Assembly (NCBI GenBank): GCA_963693365.1
Contig: CAVNZM010000015.1
Span: 4,843,502-4,907,501 of the forward strand
Source of the DNA: Amoebidium appalachense
Taxonomy: Eukaryota > Protista > Ichthyosporea
Direction of reading: 5' to 3'
DNA length: 64,000 bases
The position numbers and the translations under genes are program-made. Position 1 is the stretch's first letter, and the number at the start of each line of letters is the position of its first letter. Positions 58,923 through 64,000 of the stretch are shown piece by piece. A model generated the notes under the pieces. The model did not search any database and was not told the DNA's origin. It worked only from the letters and a program-made list of their open reading frames with translations.

Positions 58923-61900
58923 CGGCCCGTGGGACGGTTTATAGAAATGCCATGGCCGCCGGGCCTGGGCGGAAGGGGATCGGAGGGGGAGGGGGAGGCC
59001 TAGGGGGGGGCCGGGGGGGGAAATTTGTCAGCTTGATGGATCATCCGGGCCATGGCCGGGGGAGAGGCCTAGCAGGGGGGAGGGGGGGGGGGGGGGGGGG
59101 GGGGATGAATATTGATTTTAATTAATATTGATTTGATGATGATCTTAAAGCCCAAGTATCCGAACCCCCTCCCCAGTTTTAAATTCAGCACTCCCTTACT
59201 TTAATATACGGCAGGGGTACTATGGAGGGGTGGCCATGGGGCACTAGTGGTAGGGGCACGCCAGGTAGAGCCATTACCAAGGACCGATTTGCTAAAAATA
59301 TATGTCGAGGCCTAGTTGGGTATCGAAGGGGTGGTGGTGGCCACGGGGAGCTGGAAAAATGGATGGGCCGGCCGGAGGGAGGGGCGGGTGAGAGAGGGGG
59401 GAGGGGGGGAGGGGAGCGTGGTGAGGGGGGTTGCATATGGGGGGATGGGAGAGAATCCGAGGAAATGGGTAAGTACGGGGGTGGCCATGGGGAATGCCCG
59501 AGGGGGGGGGGGGGGGGGGGGGGGGGGGAGGCAGTGGGGGAGGACTCGGATGGGGAGGGTGGGGGGGAGGGGGAAGCGCCATAGCAGGTGCACCATCATC
59601 AAAGTATAACTATATTATGTAGCTGTCATGATCAGCGCTAGCACACAGATTACACACATGTGTACACGGTGCACGGCCGGCCTCGGGTAGGAGAAGTGGT
59701 CACCTGTTGTATCCCATCCATATGTATAAAAATATTGAGAAGAAAGACGCGATAATACCGGTTCATTGTATAAAAATATGTATATTGGCCGTAAGGGTAG
59801 TATAGTGCATACATATGTACATGAAAGGTGACAGCACGTGCATGTGGCCCCACATTCGCGCCTGCCCATGCCTGGGCCATGGGATGCGCATGCGCCCCGC
59901 GCCAAGAATGTAGCTGATAAACTATGAAGCGGGATTGATTGGATAAATAGTTTGGCATTCAGATCATTCCATTGGTTTATCATTCTCACATGCCAGAATT
60001 TTATCGGCACTATTGCATTCCACTTACAGCGATACGATTGGTTAAAAGGTATGCGACTCGTCGCTGAAGTGAGCGACATAAAATTGGCTATAAAGACGCT
60101 TTCAGCCGCAAGAGCCGTCAGTATTTCTTTCTCTCTGTTTCTAAACGTTAGAAAATGTGAAAAAGCGCGATTTATTTCTCTTACGCTGCGCTTCACTGTG
60201 CTATTAGAGCAGAACTACAAAGCCCTATACCGCGCGTCGTACAGCCGTGTAACCAGGTAACCTGGATAATATTTGATTGCTCCGAAGGCAAAGAAAGGCG
60301 AGTGGCTAAATATCATTTATTTACTTTGCTTTTCCTGCTGGTGCAGCAACTATTGGTTAAACATAGGCAAATGCGACTTGATTGGCTATACTTCAACAAA
60401 GATGATTGGTTTATAATCATGATCTTATATGCCACATTTTTACGTCTGCATTTGGTGTGGTCAGCCCTCTTCAAAGGATTTTTCTTTCGAAGTCAATACA
60501 TTACCATATATGGGAAAACACGGAATGTGATCCCTCAAAGAAAAATGTGCATTCGGAAAAAAATCGCCTAAAATAGAAAACAGAGATCGAAATACAAGAG
60601 CAAAAAAAGGAGGAAGGATCAAAGTATTTTTGCAGCTAATATACCACCATACTGGCCCCACGCACTGAGCCTCGACTCCATGGCCAGCGTAACATGTACA
60701 CTGCCGGTGCCAGCTCATGAATCAATATCGATCGAATGCGGAAACGTCAACGTCACCTGTGCAAGGCAGAGGAGGTAATAAAGAAAAAGGCTTCACAAAT
60801 TATGTGTGATATTATCCAGTAGCAAGTGCATACTAAGATATATCGGAACACTACTATGTCCTACTGCACCGGCTTGCTGAAGATCACGGTATGGAAACTT
60901 AAAAGCTATTATCGGCCACACGAGGCTCGATTTTTCCTAGACGTACGCGTATGTGAATTGCATTTTTTTATTCAGTTCTGTTCCCGGAGGGTCCCTCGGT
61001 GTCCCTTAGAGGAAATACAGTAATATTACCGTCTTCCACCCAGCACCCTATAGCTAGCACCGTAGTAATATTAGCTTTGTAGGGAGGCTGGTGCCATCAG
61101 CTAAGCTAACACATCGATATCATTACCAATCCTACTATATTCGTCCAGGGTTTACACGGTGACCCTGGCCTACTAGGGCCTCGCCGTGTAGCCACGGTAG
61201 CCCTCCACTCAAAATCTACGAATAACCCTCTAAACACGGGCTCTCGTTGGTGTTGGTTTTTTTTTTTAAAGGGTGGTACGGTGAATGTTACACTACAGTA
61301 GGGTGTGCAACGGTGTTGGTGGTGTTTACGGTGGGTATATTATATGGGTGTATGGTGGGGTCTGGTAAACCAAATGGGATGTGCACGGCCCAGCTATGTG
61401 GTTTCAAACGTGGTGTGCATGCATGGCTAATACGGTGCCACGTTAGTAATCTAATACAGGGGTCATTCAGGATTAAGATAATTCAAGATAAGTAGTACTA
61501 GATTTTTTTGAAAAAAGAAATTAAATTCTAGGGACTACCGAGGCAGGGGGGTATTAATAAGATAACGGGGAAGGGCCGAAAAAGGGGGGAGGGGAGGGGG
61601 GGGGGGGGGGGGGAGGGGGGGGACGGGGGGATTCGGAGGGGGGATTGTGGCTTGAAAGTTCCCTACTTAATATAATTAGTCTAGTCTAGTTCTATTATTA
61701 TTAGACTGCGCACAAGAAAAGCCCTTCTGTCCAGCAGATAATATTTCTTTTCGGATTAGCTTGAAGTCCTCCGCAGAAGCTTTTGCTTCGTTACCAATCA
61801 ACAGACCGAAAAAGTCTATGTGTACGTGTGACTGTGTGTGTGTGTGTGGGTGGGTGGGTGGATGAGTGTCTTTTCCTTGTGCGTGTGCACGTATGTGTTA

Positions 61901-62104
61901 CACAACGTGTATGTCTGTGTGTGTGTGTCTGCGGCCGGGTCACGGTGCACGGTGCCTGTGTGACCCCCACCAACCCCCCCCCTCCCCCCCCCCTCCCCCC
62001 CCCCCCCCCCCCCCATCCCCCCCTCCTCCCCCCCCTAGGCTTCCCGTTTTCCCCACCTGTCCTGTGGATCCTCTTTATGGGCAGGGTGTTTTTTTTTCAC
62101 TTTC

Positions 62105-62313
<209 letters not shown>

Positions 62314-62345
62314 AGTCTGGTATGTCATAAGGATATGCCCTCCCC

Positions 62346-62382
<37 letters not shown>

Positions 62383-63065
62383 AATGGCCCATCTGAATCC
62401 GGCAACATCAGCTCATATTAGTAGGGTCCCCCTCCCCCAAAGGTTTTTTTTTTGTTTTCAAGTTACCGGGTACCCTTGGCGCACTTGGTGCGTGCGCGTG
62501 TGCGCGCGTGCGTGCGCCAAAAACGTACCGACAAGATTTCCATATTTATACTCAGGAACTTCATCGGCCCCCTTTAGCTAATAATACATGGTTCATGATG
62601 GTTTTGCGATCATACTCCGTACTAATAAACAATGTTTTCCCCTCCCTCCCCCCTACCCTCCCCTCCCTTCCCCCCCCCCCCCCCCCCCCCCTTCACACGT
62701 GACGCCAGACACCATGTACACCATACAGTAAGATTCTGAACAAACATGCATATCCCCCCCCCCCCCCCCCCCCCCCCCCACCCCCCCCTCACCCCCACCC
62801 CCTAAAGACACACCCACGCAGAGTACACTGACCCACCCACCAACACACACACACACACGCATGCGCGCCCCCGCGCAACACAAGTACACACACATGCACA
62901 TGCACTCATCATGCGTCAGAGCAAGGTGCATCCATATTACAGTTTCGAGTAGTTCGAACGTCTGCCCATTAGTATTACGACTCTTGAAGAAAATTAAAGC
63001 AAACTTAGTCTACTGGTAACATGCAAAAAGGAGTTGGTGATGGTGGTGGTGATGGTGGTGGTTGT

Positions 63066-63099
<34 letters not shown>

Positions 63100-63139
63100 C
63101 ATTTGGTATTACTAAGCCTTAGGAATTTTTGAATTTGAA

Positions 63140-63170
<31 letters not shown>

Positions 63171-63216
63171 AGAGTAGTAAATATCGACGTCCCCCCTGGT
63201 GGTACCCCCCCCTCCC

Positions 63217-63253
<37 letters not shown>

Positions 63254-63471
63254 CCAAGGTAGCCGCTACCTTGCTGGGGTGGGTTGGGTCGTCCCCTCCC
63301 CGTTTCAAAATCAAGAATCCGTGCGTGCGTGTCTGCGAAGTATGTACCAGAGTGTATCCGCCCCGGGGCACTACCAAAAACAGTCGTGCGGTCCGCGTGT
63401 TATATTTGCACTCAAACGACGTCTTGTGCACGTGTGCCTCGTGTGCACACATTCCATTATGGCGTGCAACA

Positions 63472-63547
63472 CAAATATACCCATCACATGCTTGTGTTCG
63501 GAGGTGTCAAATATACCCATCACATGCATGTGTTCGGAGGTGTCAAA
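63472..63547. repeat. 36-bp tandem duplication CAAATATACCCATCACATGC(T/A)TGTGTTCGGAGGTGT x2
   Basis: Direct inspection; one mismatch. Confidence 0.9.
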
Positions 63548-64000
63548 GGGAGCACGATTACTGTCACAATTACGTGCCTTGCAAAGGCACGTGTTGGGTG
63601 GTTAAGTATCTATCGGCATTTATCCAATTCAAAGGTTGGATTTGTGTTTCAAGTTTGCTGCATGCTACATAGGACATGGACATATCATCCAGTGTCGTGA
63701 CTTGCAGGGTAGCATTATACGTTACCCTTGCAAGTGTTTGAACGTGTTTCATTTGTGGCTCACGTATTGGGCCGGAGTGTTGTTTATTCAAAAACTCCGG
63801 GACCCAGCCACTTGACTTTTTCAAAGACTATCTAGAAACTGTCAAACACCGGTGGGTACGTTACAGTTGGATTAAAGAAACACTCACTATACGCTAACAG
63901 GTGGCTACGTTCATGAAAAATCAACACACCGTTGTTTACTTCTTAGGCCGGCATTTTTCGCCCAATACAAACATTCCGTTAAAATCGACATGATATCCCT

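Noticed and set aside
59615-60196. 193-aa non-repetitive minus-strand ORF
   Set aside because: It has a non-ATG start, no recognisable motif and no supporting splice structure.
60244-61165. Loose inverted similarity (CCGTGTAA...) suggesting a ~900-bp MITE
   Set aside because: The match is short and gapped, with no TSD.

Overview
Eukaryotic genomic DNA, most consistent with an opisthokont and possibly a unicellular holozoan (inferred only from Forkhead, PHO80/CNPPD1-type cyclin, TSP1 and ShK domain content). Introns and intergenic DNA are saturated with (CA/TG)n, (GA/TC)n and long poly-C/poly-G tracts, so almost all supplied ORFs are repeat artefacts. Hand-splicing recovers five convincing genes: a carbonyl-reductase-like SDR (+, 1515-6113), an F-box/LRR protein (-, 7441-15761), a secreted CAP-TSP1-TSP1-ShK-TSP1-ShK protein (+, 21737-26424), a single-coding-exon Forkhead factor (-, 31263-32180) and a PHO80/CNPPD1-like cyclin (-, 39605-41060). 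Ankyrin-repeat exons of a sixth, unresolved gene lie at ~53.5-54.6 kb. Two retroelement nests stand out. At 16.9-18.9 kb a LINE 3' fragment is split at TATTT|AA by an antisense copy of the same family that carries a tRNA-derived Pol III/SINE-like segment at its 5' end. At 35.9-36.8 kb three 5'-truncated copies of a second LINE family all end in AAACCCC with no poly(A) and have 6-9 bp target-site duplications. Many 3' splice sites have (AC)n running directly into the AG with no polypyrimidine tract. Four single-base indels in short homopolymers interrupt otherwise intact genes and are most likely assembly errors. Exon coordinates were read by eye.
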